This document shows, piece after piece, positions 49,926-64,000 of a DNA stretch of 64,000 nucleotides; positions within the stretch are counted from its first letter, which is position 1; each line of letters begins with the position of its first letter. A program made the translations under genes and the position numbers. Under the pieces are notes generated by a model that saw only the letters and a program-made list of their open reading frames with translations, made no database searches and was not told the DNA's origin. The stretch lies in assembly GCF_009834535.1 (NCBI RefSeq), contig NC_045696.1:66714001-66778000 (forward strand), in the 5' to 3' direction. The stretch is from Camelus ferus (taxonomy: Eukaryota).

Positions 49926-52900
49926 ATTTTTTCTGGTTTCTGAGACCTGAATTTTGATGTCAAACAAAGCATGAAAGCAATGACTTAGGCACTAATCTAT
50001 GCCCCACAACCATATGCCCAAGTGACACCTTCAAAATGAATTTTCATACCATTTTAAAAAAGAAAAATCTGTTAGCTTGGGAATGCTTATGAGCAACTCT
50101 CGGAAGGCTATTACCTTTCTCAACTGTTCACGTAACAGTGTGGGCAGTACCCAGGCATAAAATGTTCAAGCTAATTCCTCCTCTTCTAATTAACTTTATC
50201 TCAAGGCACTCTCCCCATGGTGAACACGGCAGACTGCTCTATGCAGACCAGTGGCAAAAGATACACAAGTAGCTCTGGTCATTTCTGTATCTACATGGAT
50301 ACTCACTAGGCTCCTCAAAGGCAAACAGTGTGACATCAGAGTCAAACCTAAGCTCTGTGAAGTTAGGCAGAGTTCTGAGTTAGTGGGAAGAAAACTTAGA
50401 TTCAAATGTAATTATAATAAAAGAATATTTCTAACAGGAGGAAAGAACATATAAAATTAAAAAAATGCTTCTACATGAAAATACTATTGTAATTACATTA
50501 TGGCATTAACTAAAGAGTGACAACTCACATCTTTCAAAATAAAACCATCACGACCACATATGAGAAGAGGGACTTAAAATTACTATTGCCTAACTTGATT
50601 TCACTAAAATACAGGCAGATGATTACAGAAAAATTCTTCCCTGCAAATGTTAAAGCATTTTAGAAAAGTACATAGAATTATGTATTTACCAGATTTATTG
50701 ACTAGGATAGTCTAGTATTGTGGATGTTTTGAAGTAAATGCACAGTTCTCCTAAAGGAATAAGACTTGCTAGGGAGGAAAAAGTAAGAAGTCCCCCAGTT
50801 TCCCCTCCTTTTCTGAACTAGCCTCATCAGCTCTCCCAAAAAGACAGCTGAAGGAAAGAAGAGCTATGTTCTCACACATCAAAGCAAAAACATCCAGTAG
50901 ACTACAGAATGCGGTACTCGAGGAAGTGAAGATTTTAGATTGAATTGGAACATTCCAATTGAATTGGTTTGGCTTCTTTCCTCAAAGTAGAAGTCCAGAT
51001 CATGAAAATATACTGTCAGAGCTACAAAAGTATCTTAGAAAACATCCCACTCATAAATTTAAGGTGTACACGTTATACTTTGTAGAAGGACCCACTTCAC
51101 TATTTCCATTTCACTTTCCTCTCCCTGCTGATCTTTTGTTTATCGTCTCCCTCATCCCACTCCTAATCCCAGAGTATCTATGAGCATGATTACACTTGAA
51201 TGTAGGAATGAGAGAAGATTCTAGAAAAGCTTAATGGAAAGACTGTTCCCAGCACAACTCTTATACCTTTTAACATCTATGTCTAAAATGTGTATGCAAA
51301 GAAGAGCATTATAATTGAAAGCTGTGGAGTGCTAGGCAAGAAATCAATTCTGAAATATGAACATATTATAGAAACATATACAAATAGCTATGTATTTATG
51401 TATGCTTTTTGAGTAGGAAACTAGACAGAAAGAAGTCTGTATTTCCTTCTGGTTCTGCTGCTGAGTGAGACATCTCTTCTCTTCTCTACATCTCAAGTTC
51501 CCCATCACTTGTCATTCCGATTTTTATACCAATAAAATATAAGTATCTGCAAAATATGCCTTTGTTACAATTATACATGAAAGTGTAAGCTACAGTCTTT
51601 GAAGATAGATAACTATAATCCATAACCATATTATGAAAGAAAAATATAAGCTTAAAGAATGAGTTGCCCATGATAACTCTTAAGAGGCTGATGATTTTTA
51701 TTTAAAGACTAATTAAAATAGTTATTTGCCAAGTATCTTCTTAAACTCAAAGGGAATAAAGTTAGACTGAAATGTTTTAAAAGAGTGTGCATTTATTTTT
51801 ACATACATAACTTCAACAGATTCTAGGCATGACAATGAGAAAAGGAAAAAAGAGGTTACTGGTCTATGTAGGGTTAGTTCAAAAAAGGAATAATTAATTA
51901 TCACAACAGGATACACTTCCTATGCATCCATTCCAACTGCGGAAGTATAGAAAAAGGTATTCCAAATTTCTTTTATGAAAATACTTTTTATTTTACCTGT
52001 TGGTCAATCTGCTTTATCTAATTATCAACTAAACACCATTTCCCAAAAGTCTTTCCCACTAATGCCATTGTTTTGTACAGAAAGGTTGGAAGACGGAGAT
52101 GCAAGTGATAAACTTGAATAGACGACTGTTGAAAGGCAAACACCAAACCCTGGGTCTCATACACAATCTGTGTCCTCAAAGGCCTCCACGACTTGATCAC
52201 CAAGGCAAAGAACAGACCTCTCTCCATTAACACTCCCCACCCTTCTTGTAACCAGCTGCTTTGGGGGACATTTTTGCCTCTCAAGACTACTCCACTTTGG
52301 AGAATATGGTGGCAGACAGGGCTAGTAAACACTCACAAAAACTCTCTTCTCATATTCAAAAAAATCTAGTTTTTCTGTTTTTTTCTTACAAGCAAAATCC
52401 ATCATATCTTTTAAAAATGGATTCAATATCTTAAAAATAAATAATGGTTTACACTACAGAATTTATTTGGATATAATTCTCAGCAAAAGGAATACATTTT
52501 GTAAGTATTAATTCTAATTCCCCTAGAAAAAATTTTGAGAAAATAGACTTCTCAAATTAGTACATATCAAATGCATCAAAATTCTGGTATGTCAAATGTT
52601 AAGTTAAATGTTTATTATAAGAGTATGTCAGCTTTAGACAAGTCACATTTATAATAAATAACTTAAGATTTTTTTAAGTAAATAATATCTACATGTCAAG
52701 GCATACAAGATATTTAAACGAATTTTGTAGGAATATGGGAATCATTTTGCTATTTTAAACAATAGCTATAGCTTATAGTAGAGCTTTGCTTTTATGACAC
52801 AGAGTTAATCATATCTATGACTGACTTGATGACAATTCCTTGGTCAGAAATGTAATCCATAATTATAATGTTGTTCTTATGGGAAAATGAAATTTGCTTT

Positions 52901-55618
52901 TCCAATAATACAAAGCAGTAAAAAAAAAAAGTAGAGGTAATTTATATCATTTAACATAACAGCTCTGTACTCATAAATATGAAAATCTCAAATTAACACA
53001 AAGGGCAGAAGAAAAAAGTAAAAGGAGAGAAAGAAGGAATATCTTTGAAGTCCAAATTATAATTATTATAAATCAATTCCTTTGTTACTCAACAAGAATA
53101 ACATATTTGTATTTATATAAATATGTGTATCTACTTCTGCATTTTTAGGAAAAAGATTAAATGCTTCTTCTAATGACCTAATCAAAATGATCACAATTTA
53201 AAACTCCCATACTGGTTTGCTGCAATGTTACCAATAAAACACCAAGACCTAAGAAAAAAAGTATCTGATTAATAGTTACAGGATCCAATCAAACCTGTTT
53301 TAAGAAGAAATTATTTTACATTAGAAAAAAAAATACACATATGTTTACATATATGTTCATCCCAGATTCCTAGGGACTTACAGATCTGTGATGTTTCATT
53401 TTGGGTCTGCTTATAAACAGAAATACTTTGAAAAACTGCCTGAACTGTAGGCATGGATGTGATGTAGTATTCATGCAGGGAAATCTAAAAATAAAAATGT
53501 AGGATAAGATAATAACATGTGTTTTCAGAGCTTCACCTCTCAGGCTCCCAAAGTTCTTTGTGAACTTTAATTAAGCCTCCCAGCAATCCTACCAAGTAAA
53601 TATTACAATACCCGTTTAACAGATTGGCAGAGACAAAGTTACTTGCCCCAGATCCTGTAGCTTGTTAGTACCCATAAGCTGGCCTTCTAAACTCTGCGTT
53701 CTACTTAACCAGCCACCCTCTTCAGGACCCTGTCAGATGACTTCTCAAATTCAAATGCAAATCCTAAGTTAAGCAATCATCCTTCGTCCTATTTAGTACA
53801 ACTTGGAAACCAATCGAAGAAAGAGGAAAGTCTTTTGAAATGGTGTCCTCATCTTATTTGTTGTATTTTCCACAAGATTTAGTGCAGATGATACTGGTTA
53901 AACAGCATAAAAAGTAAAACAAAAAGTGCATCCTAAATGAAGTAACCCACACAAGCACACCTGTTGGGTGAACTTACAGATTCAGAATTAATCCCACGTA
54001 AAAACCCCTGGAAATTACATTCCAACTCTTCAGACCTTTCTCATACAGTAACAAGGTGGCGGATTGTACTGTTCTGTTGTTTTCACTAAGACATCATGAG
54101 TCTTCATTATTAGATTCAAACCAAAATGAGAAGGCTCATTCTATTCATAAAGTGAGACTCTCTCCCTAACTTACCTCACAATAAACTAGATCCAGGGCCT
54201 CTGGCTACTCTCAGTTTCCTTTAAATTTCAGCTGAGGGGAGCCTGATGATGGGGTCGTAATCTTTATTAAAAACCACAGGAGAGAAGGCTGCTAAGATCA
54301 CTACCTTTAGGCCTCTGTGTGCCTAATTAGAGGACCCGTTGTCCTAAAAAAAAGAAAACATCCCATGTCTACAAAACATCTGCAGGGCTTCAAAGAATCT
54401 AAGATTTTCCTTTCTATCCTACAACAAACTTTCCTTTAATCTCAAAAAATTAGAAGTTGTTGGGCAGAAAGCTATGTTACCTCAAGCCTCCTTCTGGCCA
54501 CAGTGACCTGATAGACATACTAATTGCTGCTGATAGAAAACCATGAGGATTTATTTCATATGCAGTTGCTTTAACTCATGACATGACAGCTGATTGCTAA
54601 ATACCTTCCATGAGAAAAATACATCTGTCCTGCTCCACCAGAGGGGGTGGGGACAGTTACTTGGTCACACTATGGAAATGGCTAACGGCAGGGAATGCAA
54701 ACAGGAGGAGGTGTAAAGCCCACGTATGGGAAGACGTGGAGAGCACACATCCCTCAGGGCTGATGTGAAGAAACCTCTGCTCGATCTAATGACATACTGT
54801 CTTTTTCTCAAGTCGTTAGCAAATGCTATGACATTATTCTCCGTTTATATCTCAATTTTCTGGCGATTTTTCTTCTGGCACTCTCTTTATGTCCCAATTA
54901 AGATCAGCCATCAGTGAGTGAACTGAGAAAACTGATTGCAAGCCCTTTAATCTCACTGTCCTTTTCTGAGCACAGCTTTGGCCAATTTTAGAGAGGTAGG
55001 TTACGTGGTCCCATAAATTCTCTACGGATTAAAACAAAACAAACAAATAAGATTCTTTCTTTATGCCAAGGATCCAATGCTGCGTAGCATTATAGTTTTA
55101 CAAAATAAAATTGTATGGGGTGTGAAGGTAGAAAGGTCACTTACTGCAAGAAAACAAATTGAGAAAGATCTACTTTGACAGTATGTTGTTTAGTTCACTG
55201 CAGGAGGGGATGACTTTATAAACAGACTTTTGAAAGAAATAGAGAATTATTGTTTCCGAATGAAATATATTTACCGATAACTTTTCCCTCAGATGCCTGC
55301 TCTAGTTTCAGTTGTTTTATTTAAACTTTAAGTAATTGTCCCCTGTCACTGGTAAATATATTGCAAGGATGCCATTCAGTCTGGCTACTGTTTTGTTTGG
55401 TCTGTGATTTTTACAACTTAAAAAAAAAAAAAAACCTGATACTATCATTTGAAGATCTGGAGATATTACATGCAAAGCCAGGGTTCCAGATGTTCTTGAA
55501 AAATTAATCTTTTAACTCCAGGCCTACCTTCCCCCATGACACCAGGCTGGAATTGCCGAGTAGTTGCCCCTGTAGACAAGGTATGTAAGTTCATCTTGCC
55601 ACTGTCCCCATTCTCACA

Positions 55619-55876
55619 TTTTTTTTTTAACTGAAGTATAGCTAATTACAATGTTGTGTTAATTTCTGGTGTACAGTATAGTGATTCAGTTATATATATA
55701 TATATACACACACACACATATGTACATACATATTTTTTTTCATACTCTTTTTCATTATAGGTTATTACAAGCTATTGAATATAGTTCCCAGGGTTCCACA
55801 GTAGGGCTTTGTTGTCTATCTACTTTATGTACAGTAGTTTGTTTCTACTCATGCTAAACTCCTAATTTATCCCTCC
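55619..55876 (-). mobile_element. 5'-truncated lineage L1 3' UTR with target-site duplication
   Basis: tttaactgaagtatagc...ttacaatgttgtgttaatttctggtgtacag...ttgaatatagttccc...ctcctaatttatccctccc; flanks cccattctcacatt / cccattctcagcatt. Confidence 0.88.
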
Positions 55877-56325
55877 CATTCTCAGCATTTGACTCATTTA
55901 TGCTACCTCCCTCGTCCCACAGATATTTGGGTCTGCCACCTCCAAGGTAGTCCATTATTGGTCAAAGTGATTTGTGAGAGGAATGCCTAACGATCTGATT
56001 CCTGTTCTTGATGGAAATTTCCGTGGTAATTCATGTATATTGCAGTCCTCTTCATAATAATCTGCCATTCTGGGAAACCAAAGCTACAGTGAGAACACAA
56101 AATACTGAGTGGCTGGTAATACCTACAAAACCAAAGTGACCACTAAGAATGATAACCTAAGGGACAGAGGTGGGTGAGGAGGAGGAAGAGGGGGGAGGAG
56201 GAGGAGGAGGGAAGCGGGGACAGAAGAGCAGGACAAAGAATAAACAGAAAAAAAAGGGGGGGGCGGTGCTGCTATTAATTATTTATTTATTTTTTGTAGC
56301 AGAAAAAGAAACAAGCTTACTGAAA

Positions 56326-56436
56326 TGCTGTGCTGTACACCAGAAATCGGCAACATTGTGAACTGACTATACTTCAATAAACAAATAATAAAGCAGCTTC
56401 TCTATAAATACATACATACATACATACATACATACA
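56326..56436 (+). mobile_element. Short L1 3' terminus followed by a (TACA)n microsatellite
   Basis: tgtgctgtacaccagaaatcggcaacattgtgaactgactatacttcaataaa, then tacatacataca... Confidence 0.8.
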
Positions 56437-58609
56437 TTTGAGAAAAAAAGGCAAGTTTTATTTAAATCTGCTATTTATTTCTTCTTAATAAATGGTGATT
56501 TCTCATAATATTAGATGAAGTAAATAAGTACTAAATTTTTTTCTTTTAAATAGAAACTCTACAGTGCACTCAGCAAATCACTGAATAGTGTGGGAGGGCC
56601 CTAAACATTAGATTAGGCGAAACTGGCTTATCACAAATATTTTAGCTGAGAGTTAATTTAAACAAATTAGGGCAAACATGCTGATTGAGTTGATTCTGCT
56701 CTGGAATGGGAACAAACCCCTGCAGCAAAGGTTACGATGGAAATTTGCTTTTAAATCCAAAACCTAGAGCTAAGTAAGTAAGAGGAACCATCACCAAATC
56801 TCCAAGTCCTTTATTTAGGACATTCATTCTCCATTCTCTGAGAACGAAGAATTAGCTTTAATAACAGGCAAAAATGCTCAATGTTACTATTTTCTTTACT
56901 GTGGGAGGGGCACAAAAAAGACACTCTCAGATGTACCTCCGGAGATTTATAGGACAGCTATGCTGAAGAGTGAAAATAACCTTGTTATGATTAACAAATG
57001 TATCGCTGGCAAGAGCCAAGTCCACTGACTGCTGTCCCTCAGCAATGAAATCTCACAGCCACACAGTTTGAAGACAAGCCCCAGGGAAGGCTCCAACTCT
57101 AATGAGAGACGTGTTTCCTTTGTGCAAGGAAGCTGATAAATCATATTCACCATGGAAAAGTTTGTCTGTACATCATGTCCTTTGATGGGCTATTCTTAAG
57201 AGGCCCAAGATTCCAGAGGGCCACGCAATGGGCTGGCTTGCATTAGATTTCTGCAGAGCTGGCAGCCTCATTCTGGAAGTCTTACATTACAGGTAACCTG
57301 ATGACAGGGAGGGTGGGCCACAGGCATGCATCTCAGCTTGCCTGTGAAGCCAAGGGAAGCAAGCTTGCAAGACCGAGATGCTGGGATCAATGAAACTCTC
57401 TGGGGAACTGGCTGTTCCCCTTTCAAATGCCACCTCCCTAATCTCTCCACTTGCTCAAGGCAGATTCTTCAAAGCTCTGAACACAACACGAGGCTGGCAT
57501 GATTAGGAAAGGCAAAGGAAGAAGGCTCTCTAAATCATGGGTGGAGGCAAAAGCCATCAAGTTCACGGAGAGTTAACAATCAAGGTCAGAATGGAGGGGT
57601 ACTTGTTTCCTTTAGCCATGAGAAAACACTTTAAAAAATATATTTTTATGAGCCTACTATATGCTGGACATGGGGCTGAGCACTAGGTCAAGGTGCCTGC
57701 CCTAGAAGACCCTGACGTCTCTGAAGGGAGAAAGTCACAAGAGCAAAAAGTGATGTCTGTCCAAAGGCCAGGGTCATTATCTCAGGCTGAGCACATCAGA
57801 GAAACACTGACCTGAGGATTTTCCCAGTGTTTGCACACAGATAATACTGTGTGTCAGGGGTTGTGGTAAAAACATCTCTCAAACTGACAGAGGTGCATGA
57901 GGCCAATGATCAAGAGAGACTGACCCATATTCACAAAAAATGCCTTGTTCCTGGAGTCCAGCAAAAGAAAGCACTTTGCCCTCCAGAAGTGGTGTCCTTA
58001 CCCGTCCTCTTCAATTCTCAAGCAGGTGTCACAGAAAGCTTAGCTCTTCTTCACCAGCAAGTCCAAAAGCATTCCAGATCAGTGCATCTACTGAATAGCC
58101 ATAGAGTATGTTGTCACGTGGATATGCCCCAATTTACTGAACCACTGGTGAGGGTGGAAGGTTGCCTCCAATACTTTGCCACCATAAACCCACTGTTATT
58201 CTTTATTGAGCACAGAGAATTAAAAAAGGCATACCCCTACATGAAGTGGCAGATTAAAAGTGAGCAATAAATGCTGGAAGTCAAAGCTGAAAAAGGCCCT
58301 GGTGCTGGCAGAGCGGACCCACAACTGCTTGGAAAGGCTTAGGAAAGCAGCAGCGTGGCCAGCCTGCCGAAGTCCGCATACGGGGGAGCCTGTTATCACC
58401 CTGTGCCATCCGTTCATATATTTGAGTAGTGCATAATATCACAGTTCCTGGGAGCTGAAGCATGCAGGTCAATAGCCCAAAACCAATAGAAAAAAAAAAA
58501 AGTAGGAGACATTTTGACTTGCCATCTCTCAAATTATTACTTGTTGCACCACTGAACTCTCAACAAAATTGAAATAAATTCATGAAGTCAAGGGATTCAA
58601 ATTCAGACT

Positions 58610-58830
58610 CAGTAAACATGCATGTGCCCTGACTAGCCAGGTACTGATAGGTGCACTTATACCTCGCATGTGATCCTCATGAGAAAGAAAGTCTGAACAA
58701 CCTCATTTGTAGATAGAAAAAGTCAGGTTTAAAGAGAATGCATTTGGGGGTGGGGGCAGGTCCCAAATGCTGCTAGTAAATTTCAGGGTTGAAATCGGCA
58801 CCTAAGTTTCCTGCCATTTCTAAATTACCA
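58610..58830 (-). mobile_element. MIR SINE remnant
   Basis: gccaggtactg...tgatcctcat...cctcatttgtagatagaaaaagtcaggtttaaagag. Confidence 0.55.
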
Positions 58831-59404
58831 TACTGTCAGCTGACTTATGGCTGATTGTTCCCAGCTATAATACTAGACCAGCACTGTATTATATGAAATG
58901 GTAGGCCTCTATCAAGAGTACCAATTACACTGTAAAAAGAAGAAGAAAGTCTGAAACTAAATCCTAAATTCAGTGTTGGTTTGAGTGTGACTGTGTGCAG
59001 TGTGTGTGAAACAGAGAATACAGAAAAATGTCATCACTCTTCCCTTTATTTCATTGGAAGACATTTAAAATAAATACCATAATTCTATGGAACTTGAAAC
59101 ACACTTATTGTGAACAAGAAAGAACATTAATGAAATACCATATACTTATAAATATCATGGTATTACAAATACCATGTTACAGTGGGAGGGGATGGACATC
59201 TAACTCAGTCATTGCATTCTGTCATTTCTGTAGCGCAGGCTGTGGACCACTACCTAGAAATCCAAGAAAGGCAAACCAGCTTAACCGAGGTCACTTAGTT
59301 AATGGCAGGCGAAATACCTGATTAGAATCTAAGTTCTTCTAAAAACTTTCTATGTTCATTAATAATACCATCTCACCTTAAGAAAAGGGAGTAGATCTCA
59401 CCCT

Positions 59405-59535
59405 GCTCCTCCTCGTCAGAAGCAAAGACTGAGTTCCAGAAAGATGAAGTGACTTGGCTAAGGTCGCAAGGATGATTCCGATAAGAACCCAGGTTTCCTG
59501 GCTCTCAGCACGTGATCTTTCCCACCACCACAGTG
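59405..59535 (-). mobile_element. MIR SINE remnant
   Basis: aagactgagttccagaaagatgaagtgacttggctaaggtcgca...agaacccaggtttcctggctctcag. Confidence 0.65.
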
Positions 59536-61289
59536 GCTGCCCCTTTCTCAGGGTTCTGATCCCACCGTGGTCCCACATGAGGAAATTTTTACCAGGGTAC
59601 TCAGCAGAACATTCTCTGGCCTTTTTAACCTACCACTTACATCAATATCCCCAACCATATGTTGTGAGACAACGTACTTCTCTGAGAGAGGGGCTTTGAT
59701 GGAAGATGGTTCAGAATGGTGCTAACTCTGGGAAAAAAAAAAAAAAAGCCTTACAATTTCTGTCTGAGGAAGTGGGGAGGGAGAGAGGAGGAAGAAAGAC
59801 TGATGGAATGTTGTCCTTGCATCTGCTCCATCCCCACAGTCCTTAAGCCATTTTAGGAGGGAAGTGATTTTGCATTTAGCGGCCCCCGTATGCCCATCAT
59901 CCCACAGATGGGGTCACTCGTAATACTGTGGTGCTCTGCGTCAGTATGCCAGATGAGAAACTGTTAGCTTCAAAGATCAGCAACTGTAAACATCCAACTG
60001 GTGGCTCCTATTCTAAAACACATCAGTGCTCCAGTTATACAATGGTTATTTTAGTGGTTCTTCAGCAAAATATTACTTCGATCAATCAACCAATATTTAT
60101 TTAAGGCCTATGGACTCTAAGTGTACTCACCTGTGGTGTCTACCGCCACAATTATTAACATAAAAAAGATTAAAAATGATGACACAATTGATTAAAATTA
60201 AAAAAAAAAAAAACACACATGGAAGAGAGATCAAGTTTTGAGCTACTAATTCTACTTTATGGTTGCAATATGAACCATGACAGAACTGCTTCTCAAACTA
60301 TGAAAGAAAAGCACTAAAATAATTTTTTAGACAATTCTGGGATACACTGATATGACATGGTAGAAAAAGAAAGCAAGCATACAGTCTAATGGTGGGGGAG
60401 GGTGGCCAAGTCAGAAACAGGGGCAGCTACACAAAAGTCGCAGTAACTGGAAGGGTGTCAGCAAACCCCACGTTCCTCAGCCTTTCTCACTAGTAAAATG
60501 GGAGTTGTGTAACTTGCCCTCCCCCACGTACAAAGAATTGACGTCAGAACGATGGGACACGTGTGAAATTCCGTTGGAATTTCATAGTTACTAATGCAGA
60601 TTATTTCATAAACTTGCTTAACAGAAGTAAAGCCTAGATGCTATAACATACAAAGAGAACTGCTTTCCAAGGAAACCTATTTGCCAAAGAGGGGAGAAAA
60701 AACTTAAAACAATTCTAAAGCCACTTCTCAGCAAGTTGATGATATCTAGAAGCCTTTCTATAATTCACACAAACATTAAATTGTTGGACACATCTATCTG
60801 CCACTTTGGTCTTGGGCGTTCTTTGATCAACCACTTAAAACCAGTCTCAGAGGTCTCCTCCCTTATATTTCAGCTTTATCCATGTTATAACACATTACAA
60901 AATAGACTCTGAAACAGAATAAGCATTCTGGTACCTTTTTCACTTTAAAAAGTATTTCCATGTTTTCTCAGAAAAGCTATATATACTTTTTTTGTTGTTG
61001 TCAACATTTTTTCATCAGAATCTCTTTGAACTAATTCAGGGCTCTGATATGTAGGTTTAGAGGCTTCTTTTGGGGGGAAAAAACGCTTGTAAATGTAATA
61101 AACATGTATGTATCAATACATTATGATTCATGATATAGAACCTGCATGTATAAACAAATTCAGCCCTTTCTTAACAAACGAGATTTTAATTTCTCTTTAC
61201 ACCTTAATGTGACATATCTTTCTTCAAAATAATGACTCGTAACTATCCTACACTTGCAGACTGCAAACAAAGACTGCAAAATCCTACGA

Positions 61290-62060
<771 letters not shown>

Positions 62061-63130
62061 TCTGTTCTGGGATGCCCTGCACACATCACACAGCTTCATA
62101 TGCAGCTTTTAGAGACTGTGATCTCCTCCAGAGCATTTGAAAGTAGATTATGTCATTTTCACAAACTGGGCAGAAAGAGCCAGCGCTCAGTAGCTGCTTA
62201 TGAATTCTTCCAAATAAACAAATACCACCTGCTATTCTTTCTTTTTCCCTTCTGTCCTGGTATTCAGAATGAGGAAGACCACTGGACAGACATGTTCTAA
62301 AGGGGATTTAAGCATCAAATTGTTGTTTACAGAGCAAAATCGGTTGTTCTCCAAATTTCCTTTTAGTCTTGCAATTCTAAATTCTGTCCCAGGCTACCAT
62401 CTTCCCCTCAAGAACCGGGTTCATGAAGACTGGAGGGGAATGGGTAGCAGGGTTAGGGAGAGGCAGTATATATTTTAAAAGATAACATGCTAATATATCA
62501 TCCAGGCACGGCCTAATTTTCCATCTGTTCTATTTTCTTTGGAGCAGTTTATTATTTTCTAAAGTAGAATATGTGTAAGAGAAATTTTGTCTGGTTATGA
62601 TTAAAATTCTATATTTGGTATAATTCAGAAATACATTAGTTCATACAAATTCTCTGTCAGATGCTTTTATTTCTTCCAGAAGAGACGCAGAATAGGTTCT
62701 CAGTAAGACATTTATGGAACGAATGATTTAACTTCTCGTTTCATCAGCCAAAATCTCTTTACTGTATTACTCTCGGAGAGGGGAAGTGATTCGCTCAAGC
62801 ATCAGCTAATTAGCAAAGAGTAAGGATTTTGAAACCAAATTTTCTGATTCTGAATCGAGGGCCCTGCCCACACCATCACACCTGTCAGCTTGATCAGATA
62901 ATTCAAGCCATTCCTGAGTCAAATTGGACACATTGCCAGAAGGGGCCACCTGCCTGGGGTACCGTTTTCCCTTTGTAAAACCTTCTGACACAAGGAAACC
63001 TCATTGTTTCTTCAAGTTAGAGATGGGAGAACAAATCAAAAGCAAGAAGAAGAAGGGAGTCCTGTTAGTACATATTTTATAAAGGAAATAAGGAGTCTGG
63101 CTCTTCAACTGAAATACAACTCTTGGGGCT

Positions 63131-63220
63131 AGGGTAGTATAGCTCAGAGGTAGAGCACATGCTTGGTGTGCTCAGGGTCCTGGATTCAATCCCCAGTGCC
63201 TCCGTTAAGGGGAAAAAGTA
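63131..63220 (+). mobile_element. Vic-1-type tRNA-derived SINE (more diverged copy) in the intron upstream of exon 4
   Basis: gtatagctcagaggtagagcacatgcttggtgtgctcagggtcctggattcaatccccagtgcctcc plus an A-rich tail. Confidence 0.85.
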
Positions 63221-64000
63221 AAGATTATAATAAAAAATTTTAAAAAGAAATATAACATTGAGAGTCCCAGATATAGTCAAACTATGGTGAAGAGCAAACT
63301 CACAAAGGAATTGATGTTTGAAAACAATTTTAATTGAACTTTAAGCATAATAAAATTATTTTACTAAACTTTAGGTATTCCACATGGGGAGGAGAAAGGA
63401 CTCTTCCATTCCATTCAGTCCAGGGAGCATCTGTCTAAATGTTAACAGTCGCATGCCCATTCCATTACATTTATATATTCGAATTCCACTGCTGAATGCC
63501 ATGTCCCCATTTGCTCTTCAAATAACAATTAATCTCTTCACATTTATCCCCCTGCTGACAAGAGCAGCTGTCAGTCTGGCCTTCTCTCCCCTCTAACTTC
63601 TACGGCTCCCATTCCTCTCCTCCCCCCTAACTTCAGCTTCCCCTCTTGACAGGTGAGGCAAACTGCAGGTGAGACAACTAGGAGAGAAAAAACTAAAACC
63701 CGAGGCCCTGGCTGAATGAAAGCTTTGAGGTGTCCAAGCCTGCGGCAACAGTCCAGGAAGGGGATTGAAAAGAAATTATTATTTGTGTGCAAGTTAAGAG
63801 TCAGTCTACCAAGCACTCCTGAGCATCCTGTAGGAATCAGATAATGCTCCCGGAGGCACGTGCTTCCCTACAGCAGTACAATTAGGGAGGCAGCCGGCCC
63901 TGACGAAAGGGACAAAGAAAAGCGCCCAGCACTTTCTCACAGGCAGTAAAAAGCCTGTCTGTCGGGCCATCCCTCTCCTCCTTCTAGCTACACAGAATGG

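Noticed and set aside
54633..54650. CTCF-like motif CCACCAGAGGGGGT
   Set aside because: Lacks the conserved GGC core ending; a single weak match.

Overview
Mammalian genomic DNA lying entirely inside the TP63 (p63) gene, which is on the minus strand. The species is most likely a camelid, inferred from three Vic-1-type tRNA-derived SINEs and the L1 3' UTR type; I saw no Alu, Bov-tA/BovB, PRE-1 or CanSINE. Seven coding exons (canonical exons 4-10, 1025 nt, all GT-AG, phases consistent) encode the end of the N-terminal region, the DNA-binding domain and the oligomerisation domain. The TA and DeltaN first exons lie beyond the right edge, and the gamma/alpha 3' exons lie beyond the left edge. About 48 kb is intron 4, filled with MIR, L2, L1, hAT and Tigger remnants. 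The most notable observations: (1) an apparent single-arm ancestral state of the primate miR-944 hairpin at about 42.1 kb, suggesting that the miRNA arose by a template-switch inverted duplication; (2) two clusters of p63/AP-2/AP-1 motifs (about 38.1 kb and 46.5 kb) that look like autoregulatory enhancers; (3) a MER53 hairpin fully paired only on the TP63-sense strand; (4) a 5'-inverted L1 with a very large internal gap. Repeat names and comparisons with human sequence come from memory and need confirmation by alignment.
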